From Candidatus Nealsonbacteria bacterium (GTDB lineage: Bacteria; Patescibacteriota; Minisyncoccia; Minisyncoccales; CAZKCU01): a DNA stretch of 64,000 bases. Position numbers and translations under genes: made by a program. The stretch covers positions 189,307 to 253,306 of the forward strand of contig CP179888.1 of NCBI GenBank assembly GCA_047456305.1, written 5' to 3'. The notes beneath the pieces are model-generated. The model searched no databases. It saw only the letters and a program-made list of their open reading frames with translations, and was not told where the DNA came from. Within the stretch, counting starts at the first letter, position 1; every line of letters starts with the position of its first letter. Positions 42,443 to 50,593 of this stretch are shown here, piece after piece.

Positions 42443-42496
42443 CAAGCGATAGCGCAGAGCCAAGAAGAGATTTATCTCTTCGACTGCTCCAAACAG

Positions 42497-42520
42497 AAAA
42501 CGGCTCAAGTGAGCCGTTTT
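42497..42520. terminator. bidirectional rho-independent terminator
   Basis: AAAACGGCTC-AAGT-GAGCCGTTTT, between the tRNA pair (+) and rny (-). Confidence 0.65.
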
Positions 42521-42586
42521 CCAATTCTCAATTTTCAATTACCCGAGCGTTAGCGAAGGGTGAAAAAGAGGATTTATCCTCTTCGA

Positions 42587-44116
42587 CTATTTTGCGTATT
42601 CTATCACTCTGCTTTCCCTAATAACATTGACTTTAATTTCTCCAGGATATCTTAGTTCTTCTTGAATTCTATTGGCGATATCTTTAGCTATTTTTTTTGC
42701 CTGGAGATCATCTATCTCCTCTGGCTTAACGAAAACTCGAATCTCTCTGCCGGCCTGAATAGCATAACTTTTTTCTACCCCGGCAAAAGAATTGGCAATT
42801 TGCTCTAATTCACCCAATCTTTTAAGATAACTCTCTAAGGTATCTTTTCTTGCTCCTGGTCTGGCTCCAGAAACCTGATCAGCAACCTGAACAATTATTG
42901 CTTCCAAGCTTTCATAGGGATATTCTTCGTGATGGGATTTTATAGCTGAAATTACTTCTTTCTCTACTCCAAATTTTTCTAAAATTTTAATGCCAATATC
43001 AGTATGAGAACCTTCAACCTGATGGTCAATGGCTTTGCCAATATCATGTAAAAGCCCCGCTTTTTTAGAAACCTGAATCTTTCCCCCAATTTCAGCAGCC
43101 AAAGCCGAAGCCAAAAGGGAAACTTCAATAGAATGAAGCAAAACATTCTGGCCGTAGCTGGTTCGAAAACGTAATCTCCCTAACAATTGAATAATCTTTG
43201 GATCAAGACCAACAAAGCCTGCATCATAAAGAGCTTTTTCTCCGGCCTCTTTTATCTGAGAGGATATTTCCGATTCTGCCCTCTCAACAATCTCTTCAAT
43301 CCTGGCTGGATGAATTCTGCCATCCCGGATCAGCTTTTCCAGGGCTACTTTAGCAATCTGCCTTCTAATCGGGTCAAAGCCCGAAATAACCACTGCTTCC
43401 GGAGTTTCATCAACTATTATTTCCACACCGGTTAATTTTTCAAAAGCTCTAATGTTTCTTCCTTCTTTACCAATAATTCTTCCCTTAATTTCTTCAGAAG
43501 GTAAAGCTAAAGTTGTAGTAGTAATTTCCTGAGCCTGGGAAATGGCGCATTTCTGAATAGATAAAGCTAACAATTCTTTGGCTTTTTTTTCAAATCGCTC
43601 CTGGCCTTCTGCTTCTAATTTTTTCATCCTTTCAAAAATTTCTTTCTGGTATTCTTTTTCCAGATTCTCAAATAACTCTTCTCGCGCCTCTTTCTTGGAG
43701 AATCCAGAAATCTTTTCTAAATTTTCATCAGCTTTCTCCTTTAGACTTTCTAAAGTTTCTTTTATCCCCCTGAGTTTTTCTACCTTTTGGCGAAATTCAG
43801 CTTCCTTTTTTTCATAATCTGAAAGTTTCTCATCTAAAATATTTTCTCTCCTTAGTAAAAGTCTTTCTGTTTTAAAAAGTTCCTCACTCCTTGCATCTGC
43901 TTCCGCTTTAGCTTTCTCTAAAATCTGGGAGGCCTTTTCCTTGGCCTGGGCCAGAAGAGCTCCAGTCTCAGTTCTGGCCTGAGAAATTCTTTTTTGAACT
44001 TTTGCTTCTAAGGTGTCGTAATCTCTTCTGGCAATTGACTGACGAGCATAGTAACCCAAAACAACTCCTATTACCACAGAAACTATGCCCACTAAAAGTG
44101 GAATAAATTGATTCAT
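42587..44116 (-). CDS. rny: ribonuclease Y
   Basis: 509 aa. N-terminal TM helix, a long coiled coil, a KH domain ('GRIIGKEGRNIRAFEKLTGVEIIVD') and an HD domain ('LLHDIGKAIDHQVEGSH'). Confidence 0.9.
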   Translation of the reverse strand: MNQFIPLLVGIVSVVIGVVLGYYARQSIARRDYDTLEAKVQKRISQARTETGALLAQAKEKASQILEKAKAEADARSEELFKTERLLLRRENILDEKLSDYEKKEAEFRQKVEKLRGIKETLESLKEKADENLEKISGFSKKEAREELFENLEKEYQKEIFERMKKLEAEGQERFEKKAKELLALSIQKCAISQAQEITTTTLALPSEEIKGRIIGKEGRNIRAFEKLTGVEIIVDETPEAVVISGFDPIRRQIAKVALEKLIRDGRIHPARIEEIVERAESEISSQIKEAGEKALYDAGFVGLDPKIIQLLGRLRFRTSYGQNVLLHSIEVSLLASALAAEIGGKIQVSKKAGLLHDIGKAIDHQVEGSHTDIGIKILEKFGVEKEVISAIKSHHEEYPYESLEAIIVQVADQVSGARPGARKDTLESYLKRLGELEQIANSFAGVEKSYAIQAGREIRVFVKPEEIDDLQAKKIAKDIANRIQEELRYPGEIKVNVIRESRVIEYAK

Positions 44117-44233
44117 ATTTTAAAAATGGAATTTGAATATTTAACATTTTTAGAGGAAAACTTAGAATGTGAATACCAAAATCCAAAGTTAATTTTATCC
44201 TATTTTAATATTAAAGGATTTTTTAAAGTTTGT

Positions 44234-44262
44234 CAAAAAAACCCGCACTCAAAAGCGGGGTT
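44234..44262 (-). terminator. rho-independent terminator downstream of the giant surface-protein gene
   Basis: The minus strand reads CCCCGC-TTTTGAGT-GCGGGTTTTTTT. Confidence 0.6.
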
Positions 44263-44334
44263 CTCTTTTAACGGAATGAAAAGATTAGGGTATCTTTAAG
44301 GTTTAACCTTGCATAGTATGTTTTTCCATTCCAG

Positions 44335-47300
44335 TTAAAATGGCGCAATCTCTTTCCATATAGGAAGAGGAAGCTGACTATTTAAAGTTTTAGTGCGAGA
44401 ACAGGAGAAACCATCAGAATCAGTAACTCTGAGAGTAATGTCTTTTTCGCCAGTGGAAGGGAATTTAGCTGTTGGATTTTGCTCGGTGGAACTGGCCGGG
44501 CTGCCATCCTGGAAAGTCCAGAACCAGCTTTCTTTAGTAGTTCCTCCATAGACAGTTGATTGGTCAACGAATAAAACATCTTCATTAACGCTTGGTTTAA
44601 ATGGAGACCAGCTAAAGTCAATTTCTGGACAGGCATGTGTTGGGGTGCTAAAGCTGGGACCTGAAATCCAGTTAGAATCAAGGCCTTTATTATCCCAGAC
44701 TTTTAATCTCCAGTAATATGTATTGTTGTATTTCAACTTACCCAAGATAGTGGCATAGGAATTAGAGCTTGATGTTACTTTTCCAGAATCATCTTCAGGT
44801 TTAGAGAAATTACTATTGTTATCTACCTGAACTCGGTAGGCAGATTGAGTGTCTCCTGGGTCAGGGTCAGTGAAAGTCCAGGAGAAATACGCAGCTGGCC
44901 CAGAAAGACAATAATCTGGCTGGACTACCTTAAGATTGGTGGCTGAGGGAGGCTGATTGGGAATAACAGTTATAATAGTTACTGTTGTTGAACGGGAAAT
45001 ACTGCCTCCAGGACCAGTACATTTCATTGAGTAACTAGTGGTAATAGAAGGGCTAACCGGTCTACTGCCAGAAGTTGGCACTGAGCCTGACAAACCGGCT
45101 GTCCAGCTACAAGAACTAGTATTGCTTGAAGACCAACTTAAAGTAGAAGATTGACCTTTGTCAATTGAAGAAGGATTAGCGAATAAATTAAGGATAGGGA
45201 CAAGGCATGCGCTGTCAGCCACGCATCGAGATTGAGAATCACAGCCAGAAGGAGTACAGGTACGAGTTTGCTGTCTTTGGGTAGCAGAACAACTACCTCC
45301 TCCGCATGAACCATTAGCCCAACTTGTGCAAGAACAACCAATTTTTCTATAGCCGGTACAGTTTGGACAGTCAGAGCTATTCCAGGTACCAATTATTTCA
45401 TAACCTGAAGCTGGACTCCGTCTAGTACAGGAACAATCGGGCCAGACATGGCTGGTAGTACCGTGGTTTACACAAGTATGCCCACAGTCTGGTAGGGTTT
45501 TTTTATAGCCGGTGCAGTTTGGACAGTCAGAGCTATTCCAGGTTCCAATTATTTTATAACCTGAAGCTGGACTCCGTCTAGTACAGGAACAATCGGGCCA
45601 GCCAACACTCGCGGTACCATGATTTAAGCAGGTATGACCACAATCTGGTAAAATCGGTTTTTCTCTGCATTTCCCTTCTGAACAACCATAAGGACAAGCA
45701 ACACAATTGATTATGGCGTTTTCTTTTTGGCAACCAACTCCTTCAATACAGCCTCCAGAATAAACTGTTTTTTGGCACTCCCACCAACGACCGTACTTAT
45801 AATCACAATAAGAAGGACCAGTTTTGGAAGTTATTGGACCGCAGTCTCTTAGATAAACTTCAGAGGGTAGCCCAAAGTCCTGACAGTGACCTGTATCTCT
45901 GAAACAACCTCCAGAACACCATGTCTTATAATAAAGCTTAGTTCCATCGCAGTGGTATTCACCATCGGTGCAAGTCTTTGGGCCACAATCTTCCCAATCT
46001 GGTTCCCAGACCCTACAGTATGAGAGGAAAAGGCGTCTAGAGCACTCAATAAATCCTCCCAGACAAGCTTGGTTACCTATACATCCCGAATAACCCCCTT
46101 CTTGCTGACTACAATTACCACTAGGGATGCTTTTTCCACAAAGAGAAGTTTTTGTAGTTCCGGGTATAGACTTACATCTGCCCCAAGAACAATAATAACA
46201 TTCAGGGCACATATCATCGATCCAACAGACAGGGTATATAAGGCATCTTCCATCTGCACAGTCAAACTCACAATCTTCAACTCTTTCTTCATCGGGCTCA
46301 GTACGTTCATAGCACTCACTTTCTGAACATCCTCTCTTAACACAAATTGTCTTATGATAAACATCGCCGTCTTTACAATAGTTATCACCCCAATCGCCGC
46401 ACTCATCCGAGCCGCAGTCTTTTGACAAATAATCGTACTTCTTAAACACCCAGCAAGCACCGCCTGAGCAACCTCCAGAGCAGCTAAATGTATACCGGCG
46501 TTCGCTTCCGCTACAATAATAAGTAGCAGAGGTACAGGTCCTTTTGCCGCAATAAGTTACAGGCTCACTATTGGTGCCAGTAAAGTAATAGCAAGAACTT
46601 CCTGAACATCCCCGGTAGTAAACTGTTCTTTTTCTACGTAAATAATCACCTGAACAGTAATAGCTCCAGGAACCATAGCTGGTGGAGCCACAACTTCTTA
46701 CAGGCTCACTATTGGTGCCAGTAAAGTAATAGCAAGAACTTCCTGAACAACCCCGGTAGTAAACAGTTCTTTTTCTACGTAAATAATTCCCTGAACAATA
46801 ATAGCTCCAGGAACCATAGCTGGTGGAGCCGCAATAAGTTACATAACTCGTTTGGGTGCCAGTAAAGTAATAGCAAGAACTTCCTGAACAACCCCGGTAG
46901 TAAACTGTTCTTTTTTTGTATAGACTACTCCCCGAACAGTAATAACTCCAGGAACCATAGCTGGTGGAGCCGCAATAAGTTACATAACTCGTTTGGGTGC
47001 GGGTATAGTAATAACAAGAACTTCCTGAACAACCTCGGTAGTAAACAGTTCTCCTTTTGTATACTCTACTCCCGGAACAGTAGTAGCTCCAGGAGCCGTA
47101 GCTGGTGGAGCCGCAATTTGTTACATAACTCGTTTGGGTGCTAGTACGGTAATAACAAGAACCACCTGAACATCCCCGAGAGTAAACAGTTCTCCTTTTG
47201 TATACTCTACTCCCAGAACAGTAATAACTCCAAGAGCCGTAGCTGGTAGAGCCGCAGTTTTTTACATAGCTTGTTCGAGTTCTAGTATAGGAATAACACT

Positions 47301-47655
47301 TATTTCCTGAACAACCTCGGTAGTAAACAGTTCTCCTTTTGTATACTCTACTCCCGGAACAATAGTAGCTCCAGGAGCCATAGCTGGTAGAACCGCAGTT
47401 TTTATATTTTCTACAAGAACCACAGCCATAACGGGTGCAATATTTCCTTTGACGATAGTTACCAGAACAAGAACAGTTATAGCTATACCAAGAATATACT
47501 GCACTACAGTAATTTAGATGCTCAGTAATTGAAGACAGCCTAATACCAGACTGACCGTCCTCCAAAGATTTGTCAAAAGACCAATCAACCCTTAAAGGAA
47601 TAAGAGCTATCAAAAAAGCAAAAAATATAGAAATAAGAATTATTTTCTTATTCAT
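44335..47655 (-). CDS. giant secreted cysteine-rich repeat protein with C-terminal Ig-like, FN3-like and PKD-like domains (putative adhesin)
   Basis: 1106 aa. N-terminal signal/anchor (IILISIFFAFLIALIPL). Six 47-aa units 'CGSTSYGSWSYYCSG...KRRTVYYRGCSGSSCYY.T.T.....'. Further Cys-rich modules, including two 52-aa 'LPDCGHTC.NHGT...WPDCSCTRRSPASGY.IIGTWNSSDCPNCTGY' units. Then 'STLSWSS...SC' Ig-like, 'SAYRVQVDNNSNF...YYWRLKVWD' FN3-like and 'ITLRVTDSDG' PKD-like segments. Confidence 0.7.
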   Translation of the reverse strand: MNKKIILISIFFAFLIALIPLRVDWSFDKSLEDGQSGIRLSSITEHLNYCSAVYSWYSYNCSCSGNYRQRKYCTRYGCGSCRKYKNCGSTSYGSWSYYCSGSRVYKRRTVYYRGCSGNKCYSYTRTRTSYVKNCGSTSYGSWSYYCSGSRVYKRRTVYSRGCSGGSCYYRTSTQTSYVTNCGSTSYGSWSYYCSGSRVYKRRTVYYRGCSGSSCYYYTRTQTSYVTYCGSTSYGSWSYYCSGSSLYKKRTVYYRGCSGSSCYYFTGTQTSYVTYCGSTSYGSWSYYCSGNYLRRKRTVYYRGCSGSSCYYFTGTNSEPVRSCGSTSYGSWSYYCSGDYLRRKRTVYYRGCSGSSCYYFTGTNSEPVTYCGKRTCTSATYYCSGSERRYTFSCSGGCSGGACWVFKKYDYLSKDCGSDECGDWGDNYCKDGDVYHKTICVKRGCSESECYERTEPDEERVEDCEFDCADGRCLIYPVCWIDDMCPECYYCSWGRCKSIPGTTKTSLCGKSIPSGNCSQQEGGYSGCIGNQACLGGFIECSRRLFLSYCRVWEPDWEDCGPKTCTDGEYHCDGTKLYYKTWCSGGCFRDTGHCQDFGLPSEVYLRDCGPITSKTGPSYCDYKYGRWWECQKTVYSGGCIEGVGCQKENAIINCVACPYGCSEGKCREKPILPDCGHTCLNHGTASVGWPDCSCTRRSPASGYKIIGTWNSSDCPNCTGYKKTLPDCGHTCVNHGTTSHVWPDCSCTRRSPASGYEIIGTWNSSDCPNCTGYRKIGCSCTSWANGSCGGGSCSATQRQQTRTCTPSGCDSQSRCVADSACLVPILNLFANPSSIDKGQSSTLSWSSSNTSSCSWTAGLSGSVPTSGSRPVSPSITTSYSMKCTGPGGSISRSTTVTIITVIPNQPPSATNLKVVQPDYCLSGPAAYFSWTFTDPDPGDTQSAYRVQVDNNSNFSKPEDDSGKVTSSSNSYATILGKLKYNNTYYWRLKVWDNKGLDSNWISGPSFSTPTHACPEIDFSWSPFKPSVNEDVLFVDQSTVYGGTTKESWFWTFQDGSPASSTEQNPTAKFPSTGEKDITLRVTDSDGFSCSRTKTLNSQLPLPIWKEIAPF
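46552..47397 (-). repeat. 6 x 141-bp tandem repeats inside the giant gene
   Basis: aa 87-368 consist of six consecutive 47-aa units with high DNA-level identity (for example, the recurring ggaaccatagctggtggagcc... blocks), followed by a degenerate seventh unit. Confidence 0.9.
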
Positions 47656-47687
47656 TTATTTTTCCAATAAATTTTCAGACAATTATT

Positions 47688-48212
47688 TTACTCTGCTGGT
47701 ATCAAATCTACTGGCGATACCCGAACTTCGGTCCCCTCTATGGTATAGTCTGGCTTTAAATCCAAAGTGATAAAAACATTATCCTCTACCTTAATCTCTT
47801 CAAAACTAATTTCTTTTTCGCCCAGATTGTATTCTTTTCCTTCGGCAATACTGATTGTGCCTGTTATCTCCTCTCTTGCAGCTCCGGCTGGCAAAATATA
47901 ATCAGAAATGATTTTTGCCTCCTGGCTAATCGGAACTACTAAAGAAGGTGTCTCCTCTCCTGTCTCAGTAAATCCTGCAACGGTTAAATTACGACCAGAT
48001 ATTTCTTTTACGATACCACTAACAGAAAGCACCCACCGAATTGCTTCTGAAGCCAACAAAGAATCCATTTTTTGTAATTTTTCTGCTTCTAATCCTTTCT
48101 GTATTCCTGGAGTTATTCCTTGCCTTCCCACATTTAAACCAATATAATAACTTATCCCTATCAAAAAAATAGCAATGACAATAATGACGAAAATAGCTAT
48201 TTTTTTATTCAT
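47688..48212 (-). CDS. membrane-anchored protein of unknown function (paralog of 48826-49293)
   Basis: 174 aa. N-terminal TM anchor. Shares 'GLE.EK.Q...SL..SE......ISG.V.EI......V......EE..LV.P.SQEA.I......KEI.FE.IKV.D.VF' with the 155-aa ORF. Start codon abuts the GIY-YIG stop (TAAATG). Confidence 0.45.
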   Translation of the reverse strand: MNKKIAIFVIIVIAIFLIGISYYIGLNVGRQGITPGIQKGLEAEKLQKMDSLLASEAIRWVLSVSGIVKEISGRNLTVAGFTETGEETPSLVVPISQEAKIISDYILPAGAAREEITGTISIAEGKEYNLGEKEISFEEIKVEDNVFITLDLKPDYTIEGTEVRVSPVDLIPAE

Positions 48213-48470
48213 TTACCCTGTTAAATAAGATTTGAGCCTGTTCTTTAAGAACATCTTACCGAGATAAGTTTTTAAATACTTTTCTCGGTGAGTAGCATCT
48301 TTTTGACTTAGACAGGCTTCGTAATAAATTAACTTCAACGGTCTTCTGTCTTTAGTGGACTTAACTAATCCCTTCCGATGCTGCTCAAATCTTAATTTTA
48401 AATTGTTAGTATACCCTGTATATAATTTTTTATCTTTGTCTGACTTCAAAACCTAAACATAATGAAACAT
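48213..48470 (-). pseudogene. GIY-YIG nuclease-family gene (UPF0213/YhbQ-like) with in-frame TAG at codon 6
   Basis: Reading from ATG 48470 gives MFHYV-TAG-VLKSDKDKKLYTGYTNNLKLRFEQHRKG...REKYLK. The TAG (48453-48455) sits where the conserved Tyr of the 'YVY(I/V)L' GIY strand is expected. The ORF track only reports the TTG-initiated remainder (48213-48449). Confidence 0.6.
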
Positions 48471-48687
48471 AACAAAGATTTAAAATTATTTAACAGGGTT
48501 AATTTTCGACCTTTAAAAAACTTTACTTTATTTATTATACAATTATACCATAATTATTACATTATATGTCAATGTTATTATATCACAATTAAAAAATAGA
48601 AAGCCTGTGGATAACTAAAGAACTATTTTAAATGGCATTTAGTTAAATAACCTTTTTAAAAATTTTTGTAAAAAGGAGGTAATACTT

Positions 48688-48813
48688 CTATATTACCTCC
48701 TTCTTGAATACTGTTGGTTTTAAATCGTAAACAAAAATATTTATTACAATTAAGACTATAGCTAAAGCAATAATTCCAATAATTCCTGAAGTTAATTTGA
48801 TTCTTTCTTTCAT
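48688..48813 (-). CDS. 41-aa single-TM peptide (not in ORF track)
   Basis: ATG 48813, MKERIKLTSGIIGIIALAIVLIVINIFVYDLKPTVFKKEVI, with stop TAG at 48688-48690. It lies 12 nt downstream of the 155-aa ORF, and its stop lies in the loop of the terminator hairpin GGAGGTAATA/TATTACCTCC followed by a T-run. Confidence 0.4.
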   Translation of the reverse strand: MKERIKLTSGIIGIIALAIVLIVINIFVYDLKPTVFKKEVI

Positions 48814-48825
48814 TATCATCAATCA

Positions 48826-49293
48826 TCACCTTCTTGCTTCCGATATCGATACATAAACTCCTTGCAAAGGAGAGTCTGACAGAATTACTTCTATCGAGTT
48901 TAGTAAAACAAAAACTTTATCTCCCACTTTTATATCCTCGAAAGCAATTTCCTTTTTCCCTAAAGTGATTTCTGCCTCCTGGCTGACCGGAATCACTAGA
49001 AATCTTTCTTCCCCTTCTTCATTGATAACAAGAGTGTATTCAAAGATTTCTTCTACCTTACCGGCAATACTGAAGCCACCCAAAAATTCTTCTGAGCCTA
49101 TCAGAGAACGAAGTCTTTGAATCTTTTCCATTTCTAACCCTTTACTATAACCTTCCTCATATCCTGATAACTTACCTTCTTTTAGGCCAATATTATATTG
49201 TTCAGTATATTTCAGATATCCTATGAAACCGGCGAATCCTAAAGCAGAAATTAGCATTACTACTAAAAGAGCTGTCAAAATCTTCTTTTTCAT
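48826..49293 (-). CDS. membrane-anchored protein of unknown function (paralog of 47688-48212)
   Basis: 155 aa. N-terminal TM anchor (ILTALLVVMLISALGFAGFIGYL). See the paralog motif above. Preceded by the RBS GGAGGAAG and a conserved promoter. Confidence 0.5.
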   Translation of the reverse strand: MKKKILTALLVVMLISALGFAGFIGYLKYTEQYNIGLKEGKLSGYEEGYSKGLEMEKIQRLRSLIGSEEFLGGFSIAGKVEEIFEYTLVINEEGEERFLVIPVSQEAEITLGKKEIAFEDIKVGDKVFVLLNSIEVILSDSPLQGVYVSISEARR

Positions 49294-49348
49294 TTCTTCC
49301 TCCTTAGTTTTCTTTCCCTATTAATAAATATTTAAATATTCTAATAAG

Positions 49349-49377
49349 ATATTACACCATTTCAGAGAATCTGTCAA
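49349..49377 (-). promoter_or_regulatory. conserved strong promoter P1 (TTGACA-17-TAATAT)
   Basis: The minus strand reads TTGACAgattctctgaaatggtgTAATAT. The spacer is nearly identical to those of P2 and P3. Confidence 0.65.
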
Positions 49378-49530
49378 ATGAAAAAATCTCTAATCGAGAA
49401 AAGTAAAAGAGGCAAATGTAAAATTTGCCTCCCTTCTTATTATAGGACTTGTTCGGCTCGAGCAAAGAGTAGAGCGAAAAACCTCAATGACTTGGATACT
49501 CGAATAAACCTGAATAAATAGGTTAGAAAA

Positions 49531-49570
49531 AAATAATAATCCCTGAATCTCGTTTAAGATTCAGGGATTT
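49531..49570 (-). terminator. rho-independent terminator after the 85-aa ORF
   Basis: AATCCCTGAATC-(8 nt)-GATTCAGGGATT, followed on the minus strand by ATTATTTTTTT. Confidence 0.65.
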
Positions 49571-49597
49571 TTCTCTGATTTTTTTTCTAACCTTACG

Positions 49598-49855
49598 TTA
49601 TCCTTTTTTATTTAATTTTCTGAATGAGTTCTGAAGTCTCTTTATTCCGTCGTCAGCGATTCCAACGAAGTAACAACCGCCGACAATAATTAAAACAAGA
49701 CCAACAACAACTAAAGTTAACCCTAAAAACTCAATTTGTTCTGGAGAAGTACAGAATCCTATTACCAAGCCAATCACTAACCAGGCCAAACCACCAAAAA
49801 ATCCTAAAAGTGGCAAAAAAGACTCCCTATTATATAAATCATTCATTCCTTTCAC
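49598..49855 (-). CDS. 85-aa two-TM small membrane protein
   Basis: Two Gly-rich TM helices (LPLLGFFGGLAWLVIGLVIGF and LGLTLVVVGLVLIIVGGCYFVGI). RBS AGAGGTGAAAGG. Has its own promoter (P2) and terminator. Confidence 0.55.
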   Translation of the reverse strand: MKGMNDLYNRESFLPLLGFFGGLAWLVIGLVIGFCTSPEQIEFLGLTLVVVGLVLIIVGGCYFVGIADDGIKRLQNSFRKLNKKG

Positions 49856-49890
49856 CTCTTTCTATATAAAATTTGTAATATTCTATCATT

Positions 49891-49919
49891 AGATTACACC
49901 ATTTCAGAGAATTTGTCAA
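49891..49919 (-). promoter_or_regulatory. conserved strong promoter P2 (TTGACA-17-TAATCT)
   Basis: The minus strand reads gcgccacTTGACAaattctctgaaatggtgTAATCT. Confidence 0.65.
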
Positions 49920-50050
49920 GTGGCGCTGGTAATGTATACATACTTTTTGCACTTTTCTGGTAATCTAAGGGCATATGAAAACTATGCTCAAAGATGTTAT
50001 CGTTTTACAAACTTAACAGGTATATCATATGTATCTGAACCTAGACACCC

Positions 50051-50127
50051 CTTAAAAGAGTGGAGCTTCAAAAGAAAAAGCCGAGTGGTTTTTTAGAAAG
50101 TTTCAGATACCACTCGGTTTTTTAATA
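50051..50127. repeat. 77-nt repeat R1 with terminator-like hairpin
   Basis: cttaaaagagtggagcttcaaaagaaaaagCCGAGTGGTtttttagaaagtttcagatACCACTCGGtttttt. About 85% identical to R2 (50465-50541). Confidence 0.85.
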
Positions 50128-50140
50128 ATGGACCTATCCA

Positions 50141-50317
50141 TTACGTTCCTTTCTTCATTGTTTCCTTTTCTCCTTCCTTTATTATTCTCGAAACGAATCT
50201 TGAATGAAGGAATGCAAAGATAACAATGATTACAGTCCCAGCAAAAATATAGGCTGTCACTTTTACAAGCTCTTGTACAATCTGTACAAGTTGTGCTAAT
50301 TGTGCAATCTCTCCCAT
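50141..50317 (-). CDS. 58-aa single-TM small protein (not in ORF track)
   Basis: RBS GAGGAGGAAACG followed by ATG 50317. MGEIAQLAQLVQIVQELVKVTAYIFAGTVIIVIFAFLHSRFVSRIIKEGEKETMKKGT, with stop TAA at 50141-50143. Flanked by promoter P3 and repeat R1. Confidence 0.5.
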   Translation of the reverse strand: MGEIAQLAQLVQIVQELVKVTAYIFAGTVIIVIFAFLHSRFVSRIIKEGEKETMKKGT

Positions 50318-50429
50318 CGTTTCCTCCTCTCTATATATTTTTATATATTTTTCGAATCCTAATTTTATTCTAACAACTTATCCCCGGCTATCCATTTTAA
50401 ATTTACAATGAACATCCCAACTATTTATA

Positions 50430-50458
50430 AGCTTACACCATTTTAGAGAATTTGTCAA
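50430..50458 (-). promoter_or_regulatory. conserved strong promoter P3 (TTGACA-17-TAAGCT)
   Basis: The minus strand reads gcgccacTTGACAaattctctaaaatggtgTAAGCT. Confidence 0.6.
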
Positions 50459-50464
50459 GTGGCG

Positions 50465-50541
50465 CTTAAAAGAGCGAGACTTTAAAAGAAAAACCCGAGT
50501 GGTTTTTTAGAAAGTTCTAAGGACCACTCGGTTTTTTAATA
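50465..50541. repeat. 77-nt repeat R2 with terminator-like hairpin (downstream of clpP)
   Basis: cttaaaagagcgagactttaaaagaaaaacCCGAGTGGTtttttagaaagttctaaggACCACTCGGtttttt. Confidence 0.85.
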
Positions 50542-50593
50542 GTTAAGTTGTATGAGGTATTTACTTTATCACTTATTTTGATATCTCCAAATT

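Noticed and set aside
42293-42621. ORFs 42293-42553 and 42418-42621 (+)
   Set aside because: They span tRNA-Pro and tRNA-Gly plus the downstream GC-rich hairpin repeats, and have no RBS or protein-like composition.
46552-47397. CRISPR array or DGR variable/template repeat pair
   Set aside because: The 141-bp units are directly contiguous with no spacers and lie in frame within a CDS. No reverse transcriptase or cas gene is in the window, and differences between units are not adenine-specific.
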